Assembly: GCF_035084215.1 (NCBI RefSeq)
Contig: NW_027139538.1
Coordinates: forward strand, 1-64,000
Direction of reading: 5' to 3'
DNA length: 64,000 nucleotides
Source of the DNA: Heptranchias perlo
Lineage: Eukaryota
Below, piece after piece: positions 23,501-38,500 of the stretch. The position numbers and the translations under genes were made by a program. Positions within the stretch are counted from its first letter, which is position 1, and each line of letters starts with the position of its first letter. The notes beneath the pieces are model-generated. The model made no database searches. It was not told the DNA's origin and worked only from the letters and a program-made list of their open reading frames with translations.

Positions 23501-26500
23501 ACTGTTACCCAGTACTGTCTGTAGGTGGATGTCCCTGACTGTCGGTGCGACTGTTACCCAGTACTGTCTGTAGGTGCATGTCCCTGACTGTCGGTGCGAC
23601 TGTTACCCAGTACTGTCTGTTGGTGCATGTCCCTGACTGTCAGTACGACTGTTACCCAGTACTGTCTGTTGGTGCATGTCCCTGACTGTCAGTACGACTG
23701 TTTCCCAGTACTGTCTGCAGGTGCATGTCCCTGACAGTCGGTGCGACTGTTACCCAGTACTGTCTGTAGGTGCATGTCCCTGTCAGTGTGACTGTTACCT
23801 CGTACTGTCTGTAGGTGCATGTCCCTGACTGTTAGTGTGACTGTTACCCAGTACTGTCTGTTGGTGCATGTCCCTGACTGTCAGTACGACTGTTTCCCAG
23901 TACTGTCTGTAGGTGCATGTCGCTGACTGTCGGTGCGACTGTTTCCCAGTACTGTCTGTAGGTGCATGTTCCTGTCAGTGTGACTGTTACCTCGTACTGT
24001 CTGTAGGTGCAGGTCCCTGACTGTCAGTGTGACTGTTACCCAGTACTGTCTGTTGGTGCATGTCCCTGACTGTCAGTACGACTGTTACCCAGTACTGTCT
24101 GTAGGTGCATGTCCCTGACTGTCAGTACGACTGTTTCCCAGTACTGTCTGTAGGTGCATGGCCCTGACTGTCAGTGCGACTGTTACCCAGTACTGTCTGT
24201 AGGTGGATGTCCCTGACTGTCGGTGCGACTGTTACCCAGTACTGTCTGTAGGTGCATGGCCCTGACTGTCGGTGCGACTGTTACCCAGTACTGTCTGTAG
24301 GTGCATGGCCCTGACTGTCGGTGCGACTGTTACCCAATCCTGTCTGTAGGTGCATGGCCCTGACTGTCGGTGCGACTGTTACCCAGTACTGTCTGTAGGT
24401 GCATGGCCCTGACTGTCGGTGTGACTGTTACCCAGTACTGTCTGTAGGTGCATGTCCCTGACTGTCAGTGTGACTGTTACCCAGTACTGTCTGTAGGTGG
24501 ATGTCCTTGACTATCGGTGTGACTGTTACCCAGTACTGTCTGTAGGTGCATGTCCCTGACTGTCAGTGTGACTGTTACCCAGTACTGTCTGTAGGTGCAT
24601 GTCCCTGCCTGTCGGTGTGACTGTTACCCAGTACTGTCTGTAGGTGGATGTCCTTGACTGTCGGTGTGACTGTTACCCAGTACTGTCTGTAGGTGGATGT
24701 CCTTGACTGTCGGTGTGACTGTTACCCAGTACTGTCTGTTGGTGGATGTCCCTGACTGTCAGTGTGACTGTTACCCAGTACTGTCTGTAGGTGGATGTCC
24801 CTGACTGTCAATGTGACTGTTTCCCAGTACTGTCTGTAGGTGCATGTCCCTGACTGTCAGTATGACTGTTACCCAGTACTGTCTGTAGGTGGATGTGCCT
24901 GACTGTCAGTGCGACTGTTACCCAGTACTGTCTGTAGGTGCATGTCCCTGACTGTCAGTACGACTGTTTCCCAGTACTGTCTGTAGGTGGATGTCCCTGA
25001 CTGTCGGTGCGACTGTTCCCCAGTACTGTCTGTAGGTGCATGTCCCTGACTGTCAGTATGACTGTTACCCAGTACTGTCTGTAGGTGGATGTCCCTGACT
25101 GTCGGTGCGACTGTTACCCAGTACTGTCTGTAGGTGGATGTCCCTGACTGTCGGTGCGACTGTTCCCCAGTACTGTCTGTATGTGCATGTCCCTGACTGT
25201 CAGTATTACTGTTACCCAGTACTGTCTGTAGGTGCATGGCCCTGACTGTCGGTGCGACTGTTACCCAGTACTGTCTGTAGGTGCATGTCCCTGTCAGTGT
25301 GACTGTTACCTCGTACTGTCTGTAGGTGCATGTCCCTGTCAGTGTGACTGTTACCCAGTACTGTCTGTTGGTGGATGTCCCTGACTGTCGGTGCGACTGT
25401 TACCCAGTACTGTCTGTTGGTGCATGTCCCTGACTGTCGGTGCGACTGTTACCCAGTACTGTCTGTAGGTGCATGTCCCTGACTGTCGGTGCGACTGTTA
25501 CCCAGTACTGTCTGTAGGTGCATGGCCCTGACTGTCGGTGCGACTGTTACCCAGTACTGTCTGTAGGTGCATGTCCCTGACTGTCGGTGCGACTGTTACC
25601 CAGTACTGTCTGTTGGTGCATGTCCCTGACTGTCAGTACGACTGTTACCCAGTACTGTCTGTAGGTGCATGTCCCTGACTGTCGGTGCGACTGTTTCCCA
25701 GTACTGTCTGTAGGTGCATGTTCCTGTCAGTGTGACTGTTACCTCGTACTGTCTGTAGGTGCATGTCCCTGACTGTCAGTGTGACTGTTACCCAGTACTG
25801 TCTGTTGGTGCATGTCCCTGACTGTCAGTACGACTGTTACCCAGCACTGTCTGTAGGTGCATGTCCCTGACTGTCTGTACGACTGTTTCCCAGTACTGTC
25901 TGTAGGTGCATGGCCCTGACTGTCAGTGTGACTGTTACCCAGTACTGTCTGTAGGTGGATGTCCCTGACTGTCGGTGCGACTGTTACCCAGTACTGTCTG
26001 TAGGTGCATGGCCCTGACTGTCGGTGCGACTGTTACCCAGTACTGTCTGTAGGTGCATGGCCCTGACTGTCGGTGTGACTGTTACCCAGTACTGTCTGTA
26101 GGTGCATGTCCCTGACTGTCAGTGTGACTGTTACCCAGTACTGTCTGTAGGTGGATGTCCTTGACTGTCGGTGTGACTGTTACCCAGTACTGTCTGTAGG
26201 TGCATGTCCCTGACTGTCAGTGTGACTGTTACCCAGTACTGTCTGTAGGTGCATGTCCCTGCCTGTCGGTGTGACTGTTACCCAGTACTGTCTGTAGGTG
26301 GATGTCCTTGACTGTCGGTGTGACCGTTACCCAGTACTGTCTGTAGGTGGATGTCCTTGACTGTCGGTGTGACTGTTACCCAGTACTGTCTGTTGGTGGA
26401 TGTCCCTGCCTGTCAGTGTGACTGTTACCCAGTACTGTCTGTAGGTGGATGTCCCTGACTGTCAATGTGACTGTTTCCCAGTACTGTCTGTAGGTGCATG

Positions 26501-29500
26501 TCCCTGACTGTCAGTATGACTGTTACCCAGTACTGTCTGTAGGTGGAGGTCCCTGACTGTCGGTGCGACTGTTACCCAGTACTGTCTGTAGGTGCATGTC
26601 CCTGACTGTCAGTACGACTGTTTCTCAGTACTGTCTGTAGGTGGATGTCCCTGACTGTCGGTGCGACTGTTCCCCAGTACTGTCTGTAGGTGCATGTCCC
26701 TGACTGTCAGTATGACTGTTACCCAGTACTGTCTGTAGGTGCATGGCCCTGACTGTCGGTGCGACTGTTACCCAGTACTGTCTGTAGGTGCATGTCCCTG
26801 TCAGTGTGACTGTTACCCAGTACTGTCTGTTGGTGGATGTCCCTGACTGTCGGTGCGACTGTGACCCAGTACTGTCTGTTGGTGCATGTCCCTGACTGTC
26901 GGTGCGACTGTTTCCCAGTACTGTCTGTAGGTGCATGTCCCTGACTGTCGGTGCGACTGTTACCCAGTACTGTCTGTAGGTGCATGTCCCTGACTGTCGG
27001 TGCGACTGTTACCCAGTACTGTCTGTAGGTGCATGGCCCTGACTGTCGGTGCGACTGTTACCCAGTACTGTCTGTAGGTGGATGTCCCTGACTGTCGGTG
27101 CGACTGTTACCCAGTACTGTCTGTAGGTGCATGTCCCTGACTGTCAGTGCGACTGTTTCCCAGTACTGTCTGTAGGTGCATGTCCCTGACTGTCAGTACG
27201 ACTGTTACCCAGTACTGTCTGTTGGTGCATGTCCCTGACTGTCAGTACGACTGTTTCCCAGTACTGTCTGTAGGTGCATGTCCCTGACTGTCGGTGCGAC
27301 TGTTACCCAGTACTGTCTGTAGGTGCATGTCCCTGACTGTCAGTGTGACTGTTACCCAGTACTGTCTGTTGGTGCATGTCCCTGACTGTCAGTACCACTG
27401 TTACCCAGTACTGTCTGTAGGTGCATGTCCCTGACTGTCAGTACGACTGTTTCCCAGTACTGTCTGTTGGTGCATGTCCCTGACTGTCAGTACGACTGTT
27501 ACCCAGTACTGTCTGTTGGTGCATGTCCCTGACTGTCAGTACCACTGTTTCCCAGTACTGTCTGTAGGTGCATGTCCCTGACTGTCGGTGCGACTGTTAC
27601 CCAGTACTGTCTGTAGGTGCATGTTCCTGTCAGTGTGACTGTTACCTCGTACTGTCTGTAGGTGCATGTCCCTGACTGTTAGTGTGACTGTTACCCAGTA
27701 CTGTCTGTTGGTGCATGTCCCTGACTGTCAGTACGACTGTTTCCCAGTACTGTCTGTAGGTGCATGTCCCTGACTGTCGGTGCGACTGTTTCCCAGTACT
27801 GTCTGCAGGTGCATGTTCCTGTCAGTGTGACTGTTAACTCGTACTGTCTGTAGGTGCATGTCCCTGACTGTCAGTGTGACTGTTACCCAGTACTGTCTGT
27901 TGGTGCATGTCCCTGACTGTCAGTACGACTGTTACCCAGTACTGTCTGTAGGTGCATGTCCCTGACTGTCAGTACGACTGTTTCCCAGTACTGTCTGTAG
28001 GTGCATGGCCCTGACTGTCAGTGTGACTGTTACCCAGTACTGTCTGTAGGTGGATGTCCCTGACTGTCGGTGCGACTGTTACCCAGTACTGTCTGTAGGT
28101 GCATGGCCCTGACTGTCGGTGCGACTGTTACCCAGTACTGTCTGTAGGTGCATGGCCCTGACTGTCGGTGTGACTGTTACCCAGTACTGTCTGTAGGTGC
28201 ATGTCCCTGACTGTCAGTGTGACTGTTACCCAGTACTGTCTGTAGGTGGATGTCCTTGACTGTCGGTGTGACTGTTACCCAGTACTGTCTGTAGGTGCAT
28301 GTCCCTGACTGTCAGTGTGACTGTTACCCAGTACTGTCTGTAGGTGCATGTCCCTGCCTGTCGGTGTGACTGTTACCCAGTACTGTCTGTAGGTGGATGT
28401 CCTTGACTGTCGTTGTGACTGTTACCCAGTACTGTCTGTAGGTGGATGTCCTTGACTGTCGGTGTGACTGTTACCCAGTACTGTCTGTTGGTGGATGTCC
28501 CTGCCTGTCAGTGTGACTGTTACCCAGTACTGTCTGTAGGTGGATGTCCCTGACTGTCAATGTGACTGTTTCCCAGTACTGTCTGTAGGTGCATGTCCCT
28601 GACTGTCAGTATGACTGTTACCCAGTACTGTCTGTAGGTGGAGGTCCCTGACTGTCGGTGCGACTGTTACCCAGTACTGTCTGTAGGTGCATGTCCCTGA
28701 CTGTCAGTACGACTGTTTCTCAGTACTGTCTGTAGGTGGATGTCCCTGACTGTCGGTGCGACTGTTCCCCAGTACTGTCTGTAGGTGCATGTCCCTGACT
28801 GTCAGTATGACTGTTACCCAGTACTGTCTGTAGGTGCATGGCCCTGACTGTCGGTGCGACTGTTACCCAGTACTGTCTGTAGGTGCATGTCCCTGTCAGT
28901 GTGACTGTTACCCAGTACTGTCTGTTGGTGGATGTCCCTGACTGTCGGTGCGACTGTGACCCAGTACTGTCTGTTGGTGCATGTCCCTGACTGTCGGTGC
29001 GACTGTTTCCCAGTACTGTCTGTAGGTGCATGTCCCTGACTGTCGGTGCGACTGTTACCCAGTACTGTCTGTAGGTGCATGTCCCTGACTGTCGGTGCGA
29101 CTGTTACCCAGTACTGTCTGTAGGTGCATGGCCCTGACTGTCGGTGCGACTGTTACCCAGTACTGTCTGTAGGTGGATGTCCCTGACTGTCGGTGCGACT
29201 GTTACCCAGTACTGTCTGTAGGTGCATGTCCCTGACTGTCAGTGCGACTGTTTCCCAGTACTGTCTGTAGGTGCATGTCCCTGACTGTCAGTACGACTGT
29301 TACCCAGTACTGTCTGTTGGTGCATGTCCCTGACTGTCAGTACGACTGTTTCCCAGTACTGTCTGTAGGTGCATGTCCCTGACTGTCGGTGCGACTGTTA
29401 CCCAGTACTGTCTGTAGGTGCATGTCCCTGACTGTCAGTGTGACTGTTACCCAGTACTGTCTGTTGGTGCATGTCCCTGACTGTCAGTACCACTGTTACC

Positions 29501-32500
29501 CAGTACTGTCTGTAGGTGCATGTCCCTGACTGTCAGTACGACTGTTTCCCAGTACTGTCTGTAGGTGCATGGCCCTGACTGTCAGTGCGACTGTTACCCA
29601 GTACTGTCTGTAGGTGGATGTCCCTGACTGTCGGTGCGACTGTTACCCAGTACTGTCTGTAGGTGCATGGCCCTGACTGTCGGTGCGACTGTTACCCAGT
29701 ACTGTCTGTAGGTGCATGGCCCTGACTGTCGGTGCGACTGTTACCCAGTACTGTCTGTAGGTGCATGGCCCTGACTGTCGGTGTGACTGTTACCCAGTAC
29801 TGTCTGTAGGTGCATGTCCCTGACTGTCAGTGTGACTGTTACCTAGTACTGTCTGTAGGTGGATGTCCTTGACTGTCGGTGTGACTGTTACCCAGTACTG
29901 TCTGTAGGTGCATGTCCCTGACTGTCAGTGCAACTGTTACCCAGTACTGTCTGTAGGTGGATGTCCCTGACTGTCAGTGTGACTGTCACCCAGTACTGTC
30001 TGTAGGTGGATGTCCCTGACCGTCAGTGTGACTGTTACCCAGTACTGTCTGTAGGTGCATGTCCCTGACTGTCAGTGTGACTGTTACCCAGTACTGTCTG
30101 TAGGTGCATGTCCCTGACTGTCAGTATGACTGTTACCCAGTACTGTCTGTAGGTGGATGTCCTTGACTGTCGGTGTGACTGTTACCCAGTACTGTCTGTA
30201 GGTGGATGTCCTTGACTGTCGGTGTGACTGTTACCCAGTACTGTCTGTTGGTGGATGTCCCTGACTGTCAGTGTGACTGTTACCCAGTATTGTCTGTGGG
30301 TGCATGTCCCTGACTGTCGGTGCGACTGTTTCCCAGTACTGTCTGTAGGTGCATGTCCCTGACTGTCGGTGCGACTGTTACCCAGTACTGTCTGTAGGTG
30401 GATGGCCCTGACTGTCGGTGCGACTGTCACCCAGTACTGTCTGTAGGTGCATGGCCCTGACTGTCGGTCTGACTGTTACCCAGTACTGTCTGTAGGTGCA
30501 TGTCCCTGACTGTCAGTGTGACTGTTACCCAGTACTGTCTGTAGGTGGATGTCCTTGACTGTCGGTGCGACTGTTACCCAGTACTGTCTGTAGGTGGATG
30601 TCCCTGAGTGTTGGTGCGACTGTTACCCAGCACTGTCTGTAGGTGCATGTCCCTGACTGTCAGTGTGACTGTTACCCAGTACTGTCTGTAGGTGGATGTC
30701 CTTGACTGTCGGTGCGACTGTTACCCAGTACTGTCTGTAGGTGGATGTCCCTGACTGTCAGTGTGACTGTTACCCAGTACTGTCTGTGGGTGCATGTCCC
30801 TGACTTTCGGTGCGACTGTTACCCAGTACTGTCTGTAGGTGGATGTCCATGACTGTCAGTGTGACTGTTACCCAGTACTGTCTGTAGGTGCATGTCCCTG
30901 AGTGTCAGTGTGACTGTTTCCCAGTACTGTCTGTAGGTGCATGTCCCTGACTGTCAGTGTGACTGTTACCCAGTACTGTCTGTTGGTGGATGTCCTTGAC
31001 TGTCAGTGTGACTGTTACCCAGTACTGTCTGTAGGTGGATGTCCTTGACTGTCGGTGTGACTGTTACCCAGTACTGTCTGTAGGTGGATGTCCCTGACTG
31101 TCAGTGCGACTGTTACCCAGTACTGTCTGTAGTTGGATGTCCTTGACTGTCGGTGTGACTGTTATCCAGTACTGTCTGTAGGTGGATGTCCCTGACTGTC
31201 AGTGCGACTGTTACCCAGTACTGTCTGTAGGTGGATGTCCTTGACTGTCGGTGCGACTGTTAACCAGTACTGTCTGTAGGTGCATGTCCCTGACTGTCAG
31301 TGTGACTGTTACCCAGTACTGTCTGTCGGTGGATGTCCCTGACTGTCAGTGCGACTGTTACCCAGTACTGTCTGTAGGTGGATGTCCTTGACTGTCGGTG
31401 TGACTGTTACCGAGTACTGTCTGTAGGTGGATGTCCCTGACTGTCAGTGCGACTGTTACCCAGTACTGTCTGTAGGTGGATGTCCTTGACTGTCGGTGTG
31501 ACTGTTACCCAGTACTGTCTGTAGGTGGATGTCCTTGACTGTCGGTGCGACTGTTACCCAGTACTGTCTGTAGGTGGATGTCCCTGACTGTCAGTGTGAC
31601 TGTTTCCCAGTACTGTCTGTAGGTGCATGTCCCTGGCTGTCAGTGCGACTGTTACCCAGTACTGTCTGTAGGTGGATGTCCTTGACTGTCGGTGCGACTG
31701 TTACCCAGTACTGTCTGTAGGTGCATGTCCCTGACAGTCAGTGTGACTGTTACCCAGTACTGTCTGTAGGTGGATGTCCCTGACTGTCAGTGTGACTGTT
31801 ACTCAGTACTGTCTGTAGGTGGATGTCCCTGCCTGTCAGTGTGACTGTTACCCAGTACTGTCTGTGGGTGCATGTCCTTGACTGTCGGTGCGACTGTTAC
31901 CCAGTACTGTCTGTAGGTGGATGTCCTTGACTGTCGGTGCGACTGTTACCCAGTACTGTCTGTAGGTGCATGTCCCTGACTGTCAGTGTGACTGTTACCC
32001 AGTACTGTCTGTAGGTTGATGTCCCTGTCGCTGTGACTGTTACCCAGTACTGTCTGTAGGTGCATGTCCCTGACTGTCGGTGTGACTGTTACCCAGTACT
32101 GTCTGTAGGTGCATGTCCCTGACTGTCAGTGTGACTGTTACCCATTACTGTCTGTAGGTGGATGTCCCTGACTGTCAGTGTGACTGTTACCCAGTACTGT
32201 CTGTAGGTGCATGTCCCTGACTGTCAGTGTGACTGTTACCCAGTACTGTCTGTAGGTGCATGTCCCTGACTGTCAGTGCGACTGTTACCCAGTACTGTCT
32301 GTAGGTGGATGTCCCTGACTGTCGGTGCGACTGTTACCCAGTACTGTCTGTAGGTGCATGTCCCTGACTGTCAGTGTGACTGTTACCCAGTACTGTCTGT
32401 AGGTGCATGTCCCTGAATGTCAGTGTGACTGTTACCCAGTACTGTCTGTAGGTGCATGTCCCTGACTGTCAGTGTGACTGTTACCCAGTACTGTCTGCAG

Positions 32501-35500
32501 TTGCATGTCCCTGACTGTCAGTGTGACTGTTACCCAGTACTGTCTGTAGGTGCATGTCCCTGACTGTCAGTGTGACTGTTACCCAGTACTGTCTGTCGGT
32601 GCATGTCCCTGACTGTCAGTGTGACTGTTACCCAGTACTGTCTGTAGGTGGATGTCCCTGAATGTCAGTGTGACTGTTACCCAGTACTGTCTGTAGGTGC
32701 ATGTCCCTGACTGTCAGTGTGACTGTTACCCAGTACCGTCTGTAGGTGCATGTCCCTGACTGTCAGTGTGACTGTTACCCAGTACTGTCTGTAGGTGGAT
32801 GTCCCTGCCTGTCAGTGTGACTGTTACCCAGTACTGTCTGTGGGTGCATGTCCTTGACTGTCGGTGCGACTGTTACCCAGTACTGTCTGTAGGTGGATGT
32901 CCTTGACTGTCGGTGCGACTGTTACCCGGTACTGTCTGTAGGTGCATGTCCCTGACTGTCAGTGTGACTGTTACCCAGTACTGTCTGTAGGTGCATGTCC
33001 CTGTCGGTGTGACTGTTACCCAGTACTGTCTGTAGGTGCATGTAACTGACTGTCGGTGTGACTGTTACCCAGTACTGTCTGTAGGTGCATGTCCCTGACT
33101 GTCAGTGTGACTGTTACCCAGTACTGTCTGTAGGTGGATGTCCCTGACTGTCAGTGTGATTGTTACCCAGTACTGTCTGTCGGTGCATGTCCCTGACTGT
33201 CAGTGTGACTGTTACCCAGTACTGTCTGTAGGTGCATGTCCCTGACTGTCAGTGTGACTGTTACCCAGTACTGTCTGTAGGTGGATGTCCCTGACTGTCG
33301 GTGCGACTGTTACCCAGTACTGTCTGTAGGTGCATGTCCCTGACTGTCAGTGTGACTGTTACCCAGTACTGTCTGTAGGTGCATGTCCCTGACTGTCAGT
33401 GTGACTGTTACCCAGTACTGTCTGTAGGTGCATGTCCCTGACTGTCAGTGTGACTGTTACCCAGTACTGTCTGTAGGTGCATGTCCCTGACTGTCAGTGT
33501 GACTGTTTCCCAGTACTGTCTGTAGGTGCATGTCCCTGACTGTCGGTGCGACTGTTACCCAGTACTGTCTGTAGGTGGATGTCCCTGACTGTCAGTGTGA
33601 CTGTTACCCAGTACTGACTGTAGGTGGATGTCCCTGACTGTCAGTGTGACTGTTTCCCAGTACTGTCTGTAGGTGCATGTCCCTGACTGTCGGTGCGACT
33701 GTTACCCAGTACTGTCTGTAGGTGGATGTCCCTGACTGTCAGTGTGACTGTTACCCAGTACTGTCTGTAGGTGCATGTCCCTGACTGTCGGTGCGACTGT
33801 TACCCAGTACTGTCTGTAGGTGCATGTCCCTGACTGTCAGTGTGACTGTTACCCAGTACTGTCTGTAGGTGCATGTCCCTGACTGTCAGTGTGACTGTTT
33901 CCCAGTACTGTCTGTAGGTGCATGTCCCTGACTGTCGGTGCGACTGTTACCCAGTACTGTCTGTAGGTGGATGTCCCTGACTGTCGGTGTGACTGTTACC
34001 CAGTACTGTCTGTAGGTGCATGTCCCTGACTGTCAGTGTGACTGTTACCCATTACTGTCTGTAGGTGGATGTCCCTGACTGTCAGTGTGACTGTTACCCA
34101 GTACTGTCTGTAGGTGCATGTCCCTGACTGTCAGTGTGACTGTTACCCAGTACTGTCTGTAGGTGCATGTCCCTGACTGTCAGTGCGACTGTTACCCAGT
34201 ACTGTCTGTAGGTGGATGTCCCTGACTGTCGGTGCGACTGTTAACCAGTACTGTCTGTAGGTGCATGTCCCTGACTGTCAGTGTGACTGTTACCCAGTAC
34301 TGTCTGTAGGTGCATGTCCCTGAATGTCAGTGTGACTGTTACCCAGTACTGTCTGTAGGTGCATGTCCCTGACTGTCAGTGTGACTGTTACCCAGTACTG
34401 TCTGTAGGTGCATGTCCCTGACTGTCAGTGTGACTGTTACCCAGTACTGTCTGTAGGTGCATGTCCCTGACTGTCAGTGTGACTGTTACCCAGTACTGTC
34501 TCTCGGTGCATGTCCCTGACTGTCAGTGTGACTGTTACCCAGTACTGTCTGTAGGTGGATGTCCCTGACTGTCAGTGTGACTGTTACCCAGTACTGTCTG
34601 TAGGTGCATGTCCCTGACTGTCAGTGTGACTGTTACCCAGTACCGTCTGTAGGTGCATGTCCCTGACTGTCAGTGTGACTGTTACCCAGTACTGTCTGTA
34701 GGTGGATGTCCCTGCCTGTCAGTGTGACTGTTAACCAGTACTGTCTGTGGGTGCATGTCCTTGACTGTCGGTGCGACTGTTACCCAGTACTGTCTGTAGG
34801 TGGATGTCCTTGACTGTCGGTGCGACTGTTACCCAGTACTGTCTGTAGATGCATGTCCCTGACTGTCAGTGTGACTGTTACCCAGTACTGTCTGTAGGTG
34901 CATGTCCCTGTCGGTGTGACTGTTACCCAGTACTGTCTGTAGGTGCATGTCCCTGACTGTCGGTGCGACTGTTACCCAGTACTGTCTGTAGGTGCATGTC
35001 CCTGACTGTCAGTGTGACTGTTACCCAGTACTGTCTGTAGGTGGATGTCCTTGACTGTCGGTGCGACTGTTACCCAGTACTGTCTGTAGGTGGATGTCCC
35101 TGAGTGTTGGTGCGACTGTTACCCAGCACTGTCTGTAGGTGCATGTCCCTGACTGTCAGTGTGACTGTTACCCAGTACTGTCTGTAGGTGGATGTCCTTG
35201 ACTGTCGGTGCGACTGTTACCCAGTACTGTCTGTAGGTGGATGTCCCTGACTGTCAGTGTGACTGTTACCCAGTACTGTCTGTGGGTGCATGTCCCTGAC
35301 TTTCGGTGCGACTGTTACCCAGTACTGTCTGTAGGTGGATGTCCATGACTGTCAGTGTGACTGTTACCCAGTACTGTCTGTAGGTGCATGTCCCTGACTG
35401 TCAGTGTGACTGTTACCCAGTACTGTCTGTGGGTGCATGTCCCTGACTTTCGGTGCGACTGTTACCCAGTACTGTCTGTAGGTGGATGTCCATGACTGTC

Positions 35501-38500
35501 AGTGTGACTGTTACCCAGTACTGTCTGTAGGTGCATGTCCCTGAGTGTCAGTGTGACTGTTTCCCAGTACTGTCTGTAGGTGCATGTCCCTGACTGTCAG
35601 TGTGACTGTTACCCATTACTGTCTGTAGGTGGATGTCCCTGACTGTCAGTGTGACTGTTACCCAGTACTGTCTGTAGGTGCATGTCCCTGACTGTCAGTG
35701 TGACTGTTACCCAGTACTGTCTGTAGGTGCATGTCCCTGACTGTCAGTGTGACTGTTACCCAGTACTGTCTGTAGGTGCATGTCCCTGACTGTCAGTGTG
35801 ACTGTTACCCAGTACTGTCTGTAGGTGCATGTCCCTGACTGTCAGTGTGACTGTTACCCAGTACTGTCTGTAGGTGGATGTCCCTGACTGTCAGTGTGAC
35901 TGTTACCCAGTACTGTCTGTAGGTGCATGTCCCTGACTGTCAGTGTGACTGTTACCCAGTACTGTCTGTAGGTGCATGTCCCTGACTGTCAGTGTGACTG
36001 TTACCCAGTACTGTCTGTAGGTGCATGTCCCTGACTGTTAGTGTGACTGTTTCCCAGTACTGTCTGTAGGTGCATGTCCCTGACTGTCGGTGCGACTGTT
36101 ACCCAGTACTGTCTGTAGGTGGATGTCCCTGACTGTCAGTGTGACTGTTACCCAGTACTGTCTGTAGGTGCATGTCCCTGACTGTCGGTGCGACTGTTAC
36201 CCAGTACTGTCTGTAGGTGCATGTCCCTGACTGTCAGTGTGACTGTTACCCAGTACTGTCTGTAGGTGCATGTCCCTGACTGTCAGTGTGACTGTTACCC
36301 AGTACTGTCTGTAGGTGGATGTCCTTGACTGTCGGTGCGACTGTTACCCAGTACTGTCTGTAGGTGCATGTCCCTGACTGTCGGTGCGACTGTTACCCAG
36401 TACTGTCTGTAGGTGCATGTCCCTGACTGTCAGTGTGACTGTTACCCAGTACTGTCTGTAGGTGGATGTCCCTGACTGTCAGTGCGACTGTTACCCAGTA
36501 CTGTCTGTAGGTGCATGTCCCTGACTGTCAGTGTGACTGTTACCCAGTACTGTCTGTAGGTGCATGTCCCTGACTGTCAGTGTGACTGTTACCCAGTACT
36601 GTCTGTAGGTGGATGTCCTTGACTGTCGGTGCGACTGTTACCCAGTACTGTCTGTAGGTGGATGTCCCTGAGTGTTGGTGCGACTGTTACCCAGCACTGT
36701 CTGTAGGTGCATGTCCCTGACTGTCAGTGTGACTGTTACCCAGTACTGTCTGTAGGTGGATGTCCTTGACTGTCGGTGCGACTGTTACCCAGTACTGTCT
36801 GTAGGTGGATGTCCCTGACTGTCAGTGTGACTGTTACCCAGTACTGTCTGTGGGTGCATGTCCCTGACTTTCGGTGCGACTGTTACCCAGTACTGTCTGT
36901 AGGTGGATGTCCATGACTGTCAGTGTGACTGTTACCCAGTACTGTCTGTAGGTGCATGTCCCTGACTGTCAGTGTGACTGTTACCCAGTACTGTCTGTGG
37001 GTGCATGTCCCTGACTTTCGGTGCGACTGTTACCCAGTACTGTCTGTAGGTGGATGTCCATGACTGTCAGTGTGACTGTTACCCAGTACTGTCTGTAGGT
37101 GCATGTCCCTGAGTGTCAGTGTGACTGTTTCCCAGTACTGTCTGTAGGTGCATGTCCCTGACTGTCAGTGTGACTGTTACCCATTACTGTCTGTAGGTGG
37201 ATGTCCCTGACTGTCAGTGTGACTGTTACCCAGTACTGTCTGTAGGTGCATGTCCCTGACTGTCAGTGTGACTGTTACCCAGTACTGTCTGTAGGTGCAT
37301 GTCCCTGACTGTCAGTGTGACTGTTACCCAGTACTGTCTGTAGGTGCATGTCCCTGACTGTCAGTGTGACTGTTACCCAGTACTGTCTGTAGGTGCATGT
37401 CCCTGACTGTCAGTGTGACTGTTACCCAGTACTGTCTGTAGGTGGATGTCCCTGACTGTCAGTGTGACTGTTACCCAGTACTGTCTGTAGGTGCATGTCC
37501 CTGACTGTCAGTGTGACTGTTACCCAGTACTGTCTGTAGGTGCATGTCCCTGACTGTCAGTGTGACTGTTACCCAGTACTGTCTGTAGGTGCATGTCCCT
37601 GACTGTTAGTGTGACTGTTTCCCAGTACTGTCTGTAGGTGCATGTCCCTGACTGTCGGTGCGACTGTTACCCAGTACTGTCTGTAGGTGGATGTCCCTGA
37701 CTGTCAGTGTGACTGTTACCCAGTACTGTCTGTAGGTGCATGTCCCTGACTGTCGGTGCGACTGTTACCCAGTACTGTCTGTAGGTGCATGTCCCTGACT
37801 GTCAGTGTGACTGTTACCCAGTACTGTCTGTAGGTGCATGTCCCTGACTGTCAGTGTGACTGTTACCCAGTACTGTCTGTAGGTGGATGTCCTTGACTGT
37901 CGGTGCGACTGTTACCCAGTACTGTCTGTAGGTGCATGTCCCTGACTGTCGGTGCGACTGTTACCCAGTACTGTCTGTAGGTGCATGTCCCTGACTGTCA
38001 GTGTGACTGTTACCCAGTACTGTCTGTAGGTGGATGTCCCTGACTGTCAGTGCGACTGTTACCCAGTACTGTCTGTAGGTGCATGTCCCTGACTGTCAGT
38101 GTGACTGTTACCCAGTACTGTCTGTAGGTGCATGTCCCTGACTGTCAGTGTGACTGTTACCCAGTACTGTCTGTCGGTGCATGTCCCTGACTGTCAGTGT
38201 GACTGTTACCCAGTACTGTCTGTAGGTGGATGTCCCTGACTGTCAGTGTGACTGTTACCCAGTACTGTCTGTAGGTGCATGTCCCTGACTGTCAGTGTGA
38301 CTGTTACCCAGTACCGTCTGTAGGTGCATGTCCCTGACTGTCAGTGTGACTGTTACCCAGTACTGTCTGTAGGTGGATGTCCCTGCCTGTCAGTGTGACT
38401 GTTAACCAGTACTGTCTGTGGGTGCATGTCCTTGACTGTCGGTGCGACTGTTACCCAGTACTGTCTGTAGGTGGATGTCCTTGACTGTCGGTGCGACTGT

